From the NCBI GenBank assembly GCA_963675295.2, contig CAXXKJ010000002.1, forward strand, positions 2,400,001 through 2,464,000: DNA of 64,000 bases, in the 5' to 3' direction. The notes below the pieces were generated by a model. That model ran no database searches. It was not told the DNA's origin and saw only the letters and a program-made list of their open reading frames with translations. Position numbers and translations under genes: made by a program. Of this stretch, positions 48,072-56,747 are shown one piece after another. Source of the stretch: a bacterium. GTDB taxonomy: Bacteria; Electryoneota; Electryoneia; Electryoneales; Electryoneaceae. Position 1 is the first letter of the stretch; every line of letters begins with the position of its first letter.

Positions 48072-49106
48072 ATGAAGCTCGCGATACACAACAGTCCCCG
48101 TTCGTACAGCGACCGCTGGATCCGCTGGTGCCGCAGCAACAAGGTCGAGTTCAAGATCGTCGACGCGTATAGCAGCGGCATCCTGAACGATCTCCGTGAT
48201 TGCGACGGGTTCCTCTGGCATTGGCAGCATAATGAGGCGGAACCGTTGTTGTTTGCCACGCGTCTGATCAGGGCAGCGGAGGAGATGGGCCTGCTGGTGT
48301 TTCCGGACACGGCGACCTGCTGGCATTATGACGATAAGGTGGCGCAGAAATATCTGCTCGAGGCGGTCAATGCGCCGCTGGCACCGGTGTGGGTGTTTTA
48401 CGACAGGCAGGCGGCGCTGAGCTGGGCGGCAGAAACGTCCTGGCCGAAGGTGTGGAAGCTGCGTCGCGGGGCTGGATCGAGCCAGGTGAAGCTGCTGCGG
48501 TCACGTGACGAAGCGGAAAAGGTAATCCGGCGAGCGTTCGGACGTGGCTGGGTGCCGGTGGAACGTGCGACCTCGGATGTCGCGATCCGGTTTCGGGGTG
48601 CGGGCGGGTTGCGTGGCAAGATCGACCTGCTCAAGCGTGCGCCGCGCGGCCTGTTGAAGCTGGCTAAACGGCGGAAGTTGGTCGCGCCGGAACGCGGCTA
48701 TTTTTACGCGCAGGAGTTCATCCCGCGGAACGAATTCGACACGCGGATCACGGTCATCGGCGACCGCATCTTCGGTTTTCGCAGGTTTGTCCGTCCGGGT
48801 GACTTTCGCGCGTCCGGAAGCGGGCGGATTGACTACGACGCCAGCGGGGTGGATCTGGAGTGTGTGAAGATCGCGCGGGATGTGGCAAAACGGCTGCGGA
48901 CGCAGAGCTGCGCGTTTGATTTTGTGCACACACCGGACGGCGACCCGTTGATCGTCGAGATCAGCTACGCCTACCTCGCCAGCGCGATCCACAACTGCGC
49001 CGGACACTGGGACAGCGAGCTGAACTGGGTCGAAGGGCCGGTCTGGCCGGAAGATGCGATGATCGAGGATCTCGTGGCCGCGATTGAAGCGAAAACCGGA
49101 CATTGA
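48072..49106 (+). CDS. RimK-like ATP-grasp ligase of polysaccharide-locus type
   Basis: WHYDDKVAQKY, KLRRGAGS, QEFIP, DTRITVIG, DFRASGSG, AFDF, VEIS. Confidence 0.8.
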   Translation: MKLAIHNSPRSYSDRWIRWCRSNKVEFKIVDAYSSGILNDLRDCDGFLWHWQHNEAEPLLFATRLIRAAEEMGLLVFPDTATCWHYDDKVAQKYLLEAVNAPLAPVWVFYDRQAALSWAAETSWPKVWKLRRGAGSSQVKLLRSRDEAEKVIRRAFGRGWVPVERATSDVAIRFRGAGGLRGKIDLLKRAPRGLLKLAKRRKLVAPERGYFYAQEFIPRNEFDTRITVIGDRIFGFRRFVRPGDFRASGSGRIDYDASGVDLECVKIARDVAKRLRTQSCAFDFVHTPDGDPLIVEISYAYLASAIHNCAGHWDSELNWVEGPVWPEDAMIEDLVAAIEAKTGH

Positions 49107-49128
49107 TGTCCGATTTAACGGAAAGTCC

Positions 49129-50301
49129 ATGCGCCGGAAACGCATCTGCCTGTTGATCAACAAGTTAGCCCGTGGTGGGGCGGAGACTCAGTGTGTCCGT
49201 CTCGCGACCGGTTTGCACGCGCGCGGCTGGCGGGTGCGGGTGGTGACGTTGCTGCCGTCAACGGCGTTCACCGATGAGTTGACGGAGGTGGGGATTCCGG
49301 TCGTTGATATCAGCGAGGGGGAGTCGCCCTACCGTCCGCACAACCTGCTGCGCCTGCTGAACCAGTTCTGGAGTTTCAAGCCTGATGTGCTGGTCACCTT
49401 CCTGTACCAGGCGGACGTCGTTGGACGGATGCTCGGCAGCGCGTTCGGGATTCCGGTACGGGTGACGTCGATACGGAACGAGTTCTTCGGCGCGTCCGAT
49501 AAACCGCGCGACCACTGGAGCGTGCGGGCCCGGGAGGAGCTGATCCGTCGCACCGACAGCCGCGCCAGCCTGAGCACGACGAATTCCGAGCTGGCGGCGG
49601 TGAGCCTGATTGAACGCGGGATTGTGCCGTCGCACCGGCTGCGTATCATCCGCAATATGGTCGACCTCGCTCCGTTCACGCCGATGACCGCGGAGGAACG
49701 AACCGCATTCCGTCGTGAACACGGGGCGGAGGGCGATTCCGATTTTGTCTGGGTGCACGCCGGCCGTCTCGAGACGCAGAAGGATCAGGCGACGCTGCTC
49801 AAGGCATTTGCGGAACACTGCAAGACGCACAATCACGCGCGGCTGTGGATTCTCGGAGATGGGGCGCGGCGACAGGAGCTGGAAGCGTTGGCCGGGCAGC
49901 TCGGTGTGACGGATCGTGTGCTGTTCGCCGGGGAACGGCCCGATGTGCCGGACTGGTTGCGGGCGGCGGACGCGTTCGTGCTGTCGTCCAAGTGGGAGGG
50001 CCTGCCGAATGTGTTGCTGGAAGCTGCGGCGGCGCGTCTGCCGGTGGTGAGCACCGATGTTGGCGGGGTACGTGAGGCGATGGGCCCGGACCTTTTCGAG
50101 TACCTGGCAGAAGCGGGATCGGTGGACTCGCTACGTGATGCGATGGACCGCTTGGTGACGCTGCATCGCGACAATCGGCACGAATACGATGTCCTCGGCG
50201 AAACGAATTTCGCGCATGTGCTCGATCGGTTCGGCAGTGGAGGTGTGCTCGATCACTGGGAAGGGTTATTCACGGAGCTGATGCGGGAGAGGCTTAAGTA
50301 G
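49129..50301 (+). CDS. Glycosyltransferase family 4
   Basis: GGAE, GRLETQKD, LSSKWEGLPNVLLEA, STDVGG. Confidence 0.93.
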   Translation: MRRKRICLLINKLARGGAETQCVRLATGLHARGWRVRVVTLLPSTAFTDELTEVGIPVVDISEGESPYRPHNLLRLLNQFWSFKPDVLVTFLYQADVVGRMLGSAFGIPVRVTSIRNEFFGASDKPRDHWSVRAREELIRRTDSRASLSTTNSELAAVSLIERGIVPSHRLRIIRNMVDLAPFTPMTAEERTAFRREHGAEGDSDFVWVHAGRLETQKDQATLLKAFAEHCKTHNHARLWILGDGARRQELEALAGQLGVTDRVLFAGERPDVPDWLRAADAFVLSSKWEGLPNVLLEAAAARLPVVSTDVGGVREAMGPDLFEYLAEAGSVDSLRDAMDRLVTLHRDNRHEYDVLGETNFAHVLDRFGSGGVLDHWEGLFTELMRERLK

Positions 50302-50341
50302 CAAGAGATAGTAAAAGATAGTAAAAGATAGTAAAAGATAG
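50299..50341 (+). repeat. 10-bp tandem repeat TAGTAAAAGA, first unit starting at the GT4 stop codon
   Basis: TAGCAAGAGA + (TAGTAAAAGA)x3 + TAG. Confidence 0.92.
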
Positions 50342-50352
50342 GACTCGCGCGT

Positions 50353-50557
50353 GTCATCCTGAACGAAGTGAAGGATCTGGGTTCCAGATGATTTGCTCTT
50401 AAACGCTAAATCATTCAGAACGAAGTAAATGATCTGAATTCCCGATGATTTGCACCTGAATAGCACGTCATTCTGAACGAAGTGAAGAAGATCGGGCTTT
50501 GTTGAGCGTTATCGAAGTTGGATCTTCTTCATTCCACTTCGTTCCATTCAGAATGAC
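50353..50557. repeat. Cluster of GTCATTCTGAACGAAGTGAAG REP-like units: three direct copies at 57-bp period plus one inverted arm
   Basis: Copies start at 50353, 50410, 50467; inverted arm 50521-50557. Confidence 0.88.
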
Positions 50558-50598
50558 ACCCTCGCACCTTCCATCTTTTACCGATTACCGACCACCGT

Positions 50599-52086
50599 TC
50601 ACCGCCCCTCCACCTTAAACCGCAAACTATCCCCCGGCACGAAACCATACCCTCCCGCTGCGGCACGGACGGTCATCCGGTAGTCTCCGGCGGGCAGTCC
50701 GCCGGGAACGGCCATGCCGAGGTTGGGCCAGGTCAGCCACTCGCCGTTGGTGACCGTCATCCGGCGGTGCCAGACACGTGCACGGGTGCCGTTCGGGCCG
50801 GTCACGTCGGCCCAGAGATGGCCCTCCATCGGCTGTGGGAACTGGTTGTAGATCATGCCGTCGAAGACGACCTCGCCACCGGCGGACGGAATGATCGTCT
50901 GGCGTGGCACCAGCCGGATGATGAACTGCGGCGGGTCGTTGGTCGGGTTTTCGTACCAGTAAATGTGCTCGTTGAACAGATCAACGTCGCCGTCGTTGTC
51001 GATGTCGGCTTTCTCGAGAATGTCCCACATGTACGGATAATTATCGGCGAAAGCATACTGCTGCAGGACAAAGGAATCGCCGTTACCCTGGTTGTAGAAC
51101 ATGTAGCCACACACCGCGACATCGGTATCACCGTCCCCGTCGGCGTCCAGCATGCGGATCGGTTGTCCGAAGGCCAGAGGATCGTAGATACTGCTGGGCA
51201 GGTAGATTTCATGGCGGGCGAAGGTCGTCCCACCCTGGTATTCCCACCACGTGATCTCACCCATGAAAAACTCCGGATCCCAACTGCGAATGGTGGTGAA
51301 ATCCAGGTCGCCATCACCGTCGAAATCGTCAATGTCAAAATAGGAGTACCCGTATCCGTAGGGCGTCGGCAAGACATCGAGCATCACGTAGGCCCACTCA
51401 TCTCCTGTCCATGAAAATACCGCGAGGCCGTTGTTGCGAGACGCGACGAACTCAAGCAGGCCGTCACCGTTGAAATCCACCAGATTGGAGGGGAAGGATA
51501 GCGGACCAAACTCGGGAAAAAACTGCATCTCAAAGCTGCCATCTGGCTGCTGCCACCACGTGTGCAATATAAATTGGTAGTCGGGATCGGTACCGAACAT
51601 GGTGACAAGATCGACGTCACCGTCGCCGTCAATGTCACCCGCGCAGATCGGGCCGCCGCTCTCAAGATTGGTAGCGATCAGGTGATATGTGAATTCTAAC
51701 TCCCCTAAACGCTCGATCCAAGCTATACTTCTGCCGAAAGATGCAACGTACCCATAGAAAACATAGTCTATGTCGCCATCATGATCAAAATCTGAAGTGT
51801 CTGAGAAAGTAACACCCAAGACATTTTCCAGACTATCGGCAGTGTATAAGATCCAATCTGCTGGTAGTCGATTCTCTATGAAATTGCAGTCCGAAAATAC
51901 GCCAGCCAACAAGCCAGCCAGATCAAGATCTCCATCCTGATCCCAGTCATGAATCTCCAGAGAGCCACCAACCAAATCCACTGCAGGGGCAGGTAGTTCA
52001 TGCCCGATCCATTGGGCGGGTGAGGTGGATACACAACACAATGCCAACAGGAGGATGAGGGGAAGTGTGAGCAGGTAGCGTGTCAT
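50599..52086 (-). CDS. Secreted FG-GAP/VCBS repeat beta-propeller protein with C-terminal beta-sandwich domain
   Basis: Signal peptide; seven DxDxDGDxD-type motifs; about 110-aa C-terminal domain. Confidence 0.88.
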   Translation of the reverse strand: MTRYLLTLPLILLLALCCVSTSPAQWIGHELPAPAVDLVGGSLEIHDWDQDGDLDLAGLLAGVFSDCNFIENRLPADWILYTADSLENVLGVTFSDTSDFDHDGDIDYVFYGYVASFGRSIAWIERLGELEFTYHLIATNLESGGPICAGDIDGDGDVDLVTMFGTDPDYQFILHTWWQQPDGSFEMQFFPEFGPLSFPSNLVDFNGDGLLEFVASRNNGLAVFSWTGDEWAYVMLDVLPTPYGYGYSYFDIDDFDGDGDLDFTTIRSWDPEFFMGEITWWEYQGGTTFARHEIYLPSSIYDPLAFGQPIRMLDADGDGDTDVAVCGYMFYNQGNGDSFVLQQYAFADNYPYMWDILEKADIDNDGDVDLFNEHIYWYENPTNDPPQFIIRLVPRQTIIPSAGGEVVFDGMIYNQFPQPMEGHLWADVTGPNGTRARVWHRRMTVTNGEWLTWPNLGMAVPGGLPAGDYRMTVRAAAGGYGFVPGDSLRFKVEGR

Positions 52087-52333
52087 TGTGGACCTCGGTG
52101 GAACCGTGTTGGGTCAATATACGACGGGAGAGTGGGCGCTGGTGCCCGTGATTGTCCGTCACGGCTGTTGGTGATGGCTATCGCGGGTCATCCGAGGGTG
52201 GATCATCCCGGCTGGCGGAGCCATCCGGGGCACGTGACAGGAAACTTTCGGATCAGCCCGCGAACCGGCTACGCCGGGTCACAGGGGCAATCTCGTGCAG
52301 ATGATCAACGACATGAATGTCGTGGGCATGTGA

Positions 52334-52368
52334 CGGGGACACTTTGAGGACAAAGTGTCCCCGGATCT
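52334..52368. repeat. Palindromic element CGGGGACACTTTG-AGGA-CAAAGTGTCCCCG-GATCT
   Basis: Perfect 13-bp stem; same family as 45300-45386. Confidence 0.9.
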
Positions 52369-52370
52369 GA

Positions 52371-52421
52371 ATCAATCCCACCACCAGATCAATCCCACGA
52401 CCAGATCTATCCCACGACCAG
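52371..52421. repeat. 17-bp tandem repeat x3 duplicating the leuS 3' end
   Basis: ATCAATCCCACCACCAG / ATCAATCCCACGACCAG / ATCTATCCCACGACCAG; the third contains the leuS stop. Confidence 0.92.
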
Positions 52422-54887
52422 ATTCACCAGCTTACCGGGGACGACAATCGCCTTGCGCAACGACTTGCCTTCCATCAGGCTCTGCACCTTCTCGGAAGCC
52501 AACGCGAGCTTCTCGAGGTCGTCGTTGGACGCGTCCGCCGGGGCGTCGATGCGGTCGCGTAGCTTGCCGTTGACCTGCACGACGAGGGTGATCGTGTTTG
52601 CGACCAGCGCGGACTCGTCGTACGTAGGCCATGCCTGTTGGAACACAAACGGCGTGCCGCCAAGCCGTGTCCACGATTCCTCGCAGAAATGCGGGGCGAA
52701 CGGGGACATGATGCGGATCAGGATGCCGAGCAGGTTGCGGACGGCGTCCGTGTTGACCTTGGCGTCATTCTCCTCGCCGAGCCATTTGTAGAGTTCGTTG
52801 ACCAGCTCCATCATCCGGCTGATGGCGGTGTTGAACGACAGGTTTTCCAGATCCTCGCCGACGGACTTGATCGTGTTATGCAGCGTGCGGAACACGACCT
52901 CCGGGTAGTCATCTTTGTTCAGTTCCACGGACGGTTCGGACTCACCCGGGAAGCGGTTGACGAGACGCCAGACACGGTTGGCGAAACGGTCGATGCCGGT
53001 GATGCCGTCGTCCGACCAGTCGCCGCCGAGGCGGAAATCGCCGGTGAACATCAGGTACATGCGGAAGACGTCGCTGCCGTATTTCTCGATGAACGGTTCC
53101 GGGTTGACGACATTGCCCTTGGACTTCGACATCCGCATGCCGTCCTTGGTGATGATGCCCTGGTGGACCATCTTCGCCGCCGGTTCCGCGACCGGGCTCC
53201 AGCCGATTTCATGCAGGAACCGGGTGATGAAGCGGATGTAGATCAGGTGGCCGGTGCCGTGTTCCGGGCCGCCGACGTATAGCGAGATCGGCATCCAACG
53301 GTTCATCCGTTCCTTGTCAAACGGGACATCGTCCTTGTCCGCCGCGAGGTACCGCAGGTGGTAGAAGGAGGAGTCGACGAAGGTATCCATCGTGTCTGTG
53401 TCGCGTTTCGCCGCGCCGCCGCAGGTCGGGCAGGTGGTGTTGACCCAGTCCTCGAGCGCGCCGAGTGGGGAGGTACCCTTGGGACGGAAGTCGTGGATCT
53501 CGTCCGGCAGCACGACCGGCAGCTGGTCTTCCGGCACAGGGACCACGCCGCATTTCTCGCAATGGATCATCGGAATTGGGCAGCCCCAATAGCGTTGCCG
53601 GCTGACCGACCAGTCGCGGAGACGGTAGGTGACGGTGTGTTTGCCGGCGCCGAGGGTCTCGAGCTTGTCGGTGACAGCTTTCTTGCCGATGTCGCTTGCC
53701 AGACCGGAGAATTGGCCGGAGTTGTGCATGATGCCGGGCTCGGTGTAGGCCTCGGTCATGTCCTCAACGTCGATTGATTCCTTCACCGGCCGGATCACCA
53801 GTTTGATCGGCAGCTTGAACTTGAGTGCGAACTCGAAGTCGCGCTGGTCATGCGCGGGCACGGCCATCACGGAGCCGGTGCCGTACGAGCCGAGCACGTA
53901 ATCCGCGACCCAGATCGGGACGCGTTCATCGTTGATCGGGTTGATGGCGTAACTGCCCGTAAAGACGCCGGTTTTCTCGCGCGTGGTCGAGGTACGATCG
54001 ACCTCGGTGGCGCGCAGGGCGGTCTGGACATAGTCCTCGACTTCGGCCTTGCGTTCGTCGACGGTGAGCTTGTTGACGAGATCGGATTCCGGCGCGAGGG
54101 TGACGTAGCTGACGCCGAAGAGCGTGTCCGGACGGGTAGTGAAAACCTCGATGGAGGTGTCGTCGTGACCTTCGACGCCGAACGTGATGCTGGTGCCCTC
54201 ACTGCGGCCGATCCAGTTTTCCTGGCGCTTGACAGTGCTTTCCGGCCAGTCGATCTCCTTGAGGCCGTTGAGTAGTTTCTCCGCGTACTCGGTGATGCGG
54301 AAATACCACTGTGTCATCTTCTTCTGGATGACGGGGTTGCCGGTGCGTTCGTCCATGCCGTTGATGACCTGCTCGTTGGCGAGCACCGTCTGCAGGGTCG
54401 GGCTCCAGTTGACGAGACCGTCCTTCTGCACGGCGATGCCGTGCTTGAACAGTTGCTGGAACAGCCACTGCGTCCACTTGTAGTAGTTCGGGCGGCTGGT
54501 GACGACTTCCCAGTCCCAGTCGTACATCGCGCCGATCCGTTTCAACTGTTCGCGGATGAACGAGATCGATTCCTCGGTGACGGTTGCCGGGTGAGTGCCG
54601 ACCTTAATCGCGTATGTTTCCGCCGGTAGACCGAAGGAGTCGAAGCCCATCGGCTCGAACACCTTCATGCCCTTCATGCGGAGGTAACGCGCGTGCGTAT
54701 CGACGCCGCCGTAGTTCCACCAGTGCCCGATGTGGAGCTTGCTCGCGGAGGGATAGCTGAACATGACGAGCACGTACTTGTGTTCGCCGCTATCATCATC
54801 GAGATCGACGCTGAAGGCTTTTTCGTCGTCCCACTTTTTCCGCCAAGCGGCTTCGACGTCGTTAAACGGATAGCGATCCTCGCTCAT
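52407..54887 (-). CDS. leuS: Leucine-tRNA ligase
   Basis: HIGH, CP1 editing motifs FTTRPDT and YGTGSVMAVPAHD, RQRYWG, RMSKS, VQVNGKLR. Confidence 0.98.
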   Translation of the reverse strand: MSEDRYPFNDVEAAWRKKWDDEKAFSVDLDDDSGEHKYVLVMFSYPSASKLHIGHWWNYGGVDTHARYLRMKGMKVFEPMGFDSFGLPAETYAIKVGTHPATVTEESISFIREQLKRIGAMYDWDWEVVTSRPNYYKWTQWLFQQLFKHGIAVQKDGLVNWSPTLQTVLANEQVINGMDERTGNPVIQKKMTQWYFRITEYAEKLLNGLKEIDWPESTVKRQENWIGRSEGTSITFGVEGHDDTSIEVFTTRPDTLFGVSYVTLAPESDLVNKLTVDERKAEVEDYVQTALRATEVDRTSTTREKTGVFTGSYAINPINDERVPIWVADYVLGSYGTGSVMAVPAHDQRDFEFALKFKLPIKLVIRPVKESIDVEDMTEAYTEPGIMHNSGQFSGLASDIGKKAVTDKLETLGAGKHTVTYRLRDWSVSRQRYWGCPIPMIHCEKCGVVPVPEDQLPVVLPDEIHDFRPKGTSPLGALEDWVNTTCPTCGGAAKRDTDTMDTFVDSSFYHLRYLAADKDDVPFDKERMNRWMPISLYVGGPEHGTGHLIYIRFITRFLHEIGWSPVAEPAAKMVHQGIITKDGMRMSKSKGNVVNPEPFIEKYGSDVFRMYLMFTGDFRLGGDWSDDGITGIDRFANRVWRLVNRFPGESEPSVELNKDDYPEVVFRTLHNTIKSVGEDLENLSFNTAISRMMELVNELYKWLGEENDAKVNTDAVRNLLGILIRIMSPFAPHFCEESWTRLGGTPFVFQQAWPTYDESALVANTITLVVQVNGKLRDRIDAPADASNDDLEKLALASEKVQSLMEGKSLRKAIVVPGKLVNLVVG

Positions 54888-55143
54888 AGCGCATCTTCCA
54901 GGCTGTGCAAACTGTCAACAGGAATCGTTCCGGCGAATCCGGACGATGGTCGGTGAAAGTACGTTGTCTGTCTGAGATGGGCAACTGCGAAGGGAGAAGA
55001 AAGGGGAAAAGCGGTCTCACATTGGGGGTTCGAGACAGCGAATTCTTATGGAAGATGGGAGCGAATTCGATTGAACCGGGGCGTGTTGCCGACTATCTTT
55101 CCAATTCCAACAGTTTCGCAGTTCCCGCCGACCCTAGAGGGGG

Positions 55144-56460
55144 ATGACCATGGATGAGGAGTTTGAGGTTCTGATCATTGGAGCCGGGCCTTCCGGCATC
55201 AGTGCCGCCGTCGCGCTTGCGAGAGCGGGAGTGGAAGTTGTGGTGCTGGAGCGTGGGGAATACCCCGGCGCGAAAAATGTGTACGGCGGCATCCTGTTCA
55301 CTCACCAGCTGCTCAAACTGCTTCCTGATGCCATCGACAGTGCCCCGTTTGAGCGTAATGTAACCCGCCGTCGTTTTGGCGCTCTCGCGGATGATCGTGA
55401 AGTCGCGCTCGACCTGAAGGTTGGCCATTGGCGCGAGAAGCCCTACAACCACACGATGACCGCGTTGCGGGGACGCTTCGACCGCTGGTTTGCTGAACAG
55501 GCGGAAGCGGAAGGCGCGCAGGTGTTTGCTGGCTTCATGGCCTCGGAACTGGTTGTGGAAGACGGCCGCGTGGTCGGCGTCAAGGTGAAGCCGGGCGACG
55601 ACGAGATGCGGGCGAAGGTTGTCATCTCGGGCGAAGGGGCCCAGGCGTTCCTCGCGCGCCAAGTCGGGCTGATGCCGCCGAAGTTGCCGCAGCGGCACAT
55701 GATCACCAACGTCAAGGAAGTGATCGGGCTGCCCCGTGAAAAGCTTGAGGACCGGTTCCTGCTCGAGGGCAATGAAGGCGTCGCGATGGAGTATTTCGGC
55801 GAGCCGGTCAAGGGCCACTTCGGGATGGGATTTGTCTACACCAACCAGGAGTCAGTGTCGATCGGGCTCGGGCTGACGGTGCATGACCTGATCACGTCGA
55901 AGGAAACGCTGAACGATTTCCTCGAGCATTTCAAGAATCTGCCGACGATCAGGAAGTTGATCGAAGGCGGCGAATCGCTTGAATATGCTGCGCACATGAT
56001 CCCGGAATACGGGTACAATCACCTGCCGAAGATGAGCATGCCGGGGTTGCTGCTGGTCGGTGACACGGCTGGCTTGATCAACGGCAGCGTTTATCACGAA
56101 GGCACGAACCTCGCGATGGGCAGTGGTCTGGCGGCTGCGGAGACGATCATCGCCGCCAAGGAAGCGGGTCAGGACATCGGTTCGGCCGAAGCGCTGGCGT
56201 CCTACAAGGACAAGCTGGAAAACAACTTCGTGCTCAAGGACATGAAGAAGTTCCGCAAGATTCCGGACTTCTTCAACAGCAAGCCACACATTCTGCGGGA
56301 TTACCCGAAACATGTGACGCAATGGCTGGAAGACTACTTCACCATCAGTGAAACTCCCAAGGACGAGGTCGAACGGGGCATTATCAACAAGGTCAAGAAG
56401 GATATCGGCCTGTTCTCGTTCGCCAAGGATATGTTTGGAGTGGGGAGGTCGGTACGATGA
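55144..56460 (+). CDS. fixC: FixC-type ETF:quinone oxidoreductase flavoprotein
   Basis: GAGPSG, ERGEYPGAKN, RFDRW, YTNQES, EYAAHMIPE, GTNLAM; followed by fixX. Confidence 0.88.
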   Translation: MTMDEEFEVLIIGAGPSGISAAVALARAGVEVVVLERGEYPGAKNVYGGILFTHQLLKLLPDAIDSAPFERNVTRRRFGALADDREVALDLKVGHWREKPYNHTMTALRGRFDRWFAEQAEAEGAQVFAGFMASELVVEDGRVVGVKVKPGDDEMRAKVVISGEGAQAFLARQVGLMPPKLPQRHMITNVKEVIGLPREKLEDRFLLEGNEGVAMEYFGEPVKGHFGMGFVYTNQESVSIGLGLTVHDLITSKETLNDFLEHFKNLPTIRKLIEGGESLEYAAHMIPEYGYNHLPKMSMPGLLLVGDTAGLINGSVYHEGTNLAMGSGLAAAETIIAAKEAGQDIGSAEALASYKDKLENNFVLKDMKKFRKIPDFFNSKPHILRDYPKHVTQWLEDYFTISETPKDEVERGIINKVKKDIGLFSFAKDMFGVGRSVR

Positions 56461-56747
56461 CTGACAATCCAAAGACGATAGAAGACAAGCTGGGCCTGCT
56501 GCAATATCGCACGGACGAAGGGAATTCTCACATCACGGTTGACCAGGAGAAGTTCAAGGCAGATCCAATAAAAGCCATCCTGTATGCGTGCCCGGCGAAA
56601 GTCTATGTGGAAGACACACAAACCGGCGAATGTATCGTCAACTACGAGAACTGCGTCGAATGTGGCACCTGTCATGTCGTAGCCCCAGACTATGTGCGAT
56701 GGTTTTATCCCGAGGGCGGAAAGGGCGTTCACTACCGTTACGGTTGA
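56457..56747 (+). CDS. fixX: FixX-type ferredoxin
   Basis: ACPAKVY, CVECGTC, WFYPEGGKGVHYRYG. Confidence 0.9.
   Translation: MTDNPKTIEDKLGLLQYRTDEGNSHITVDQEKFKADPIKAILYACPAKVYVEDTQTGECIVNYENCVECGTCHVVAPDYVRWFYPEGGKGVHYRYG

Noticed and set aside
50353-50500. 57-bp periodic repeats read as a mini-CRISPR
   Set aside because: Repeats are degenerate, the intervening segments resemble each other, and an inverted copy closes the array, which fits a REP/BIME element.
54888-55143. T-box or attenuator upstream of leuS (and of pheS)
   Set aside because: No T-box consensus or leader peptide; pheS follows ackA after only 30 bp.
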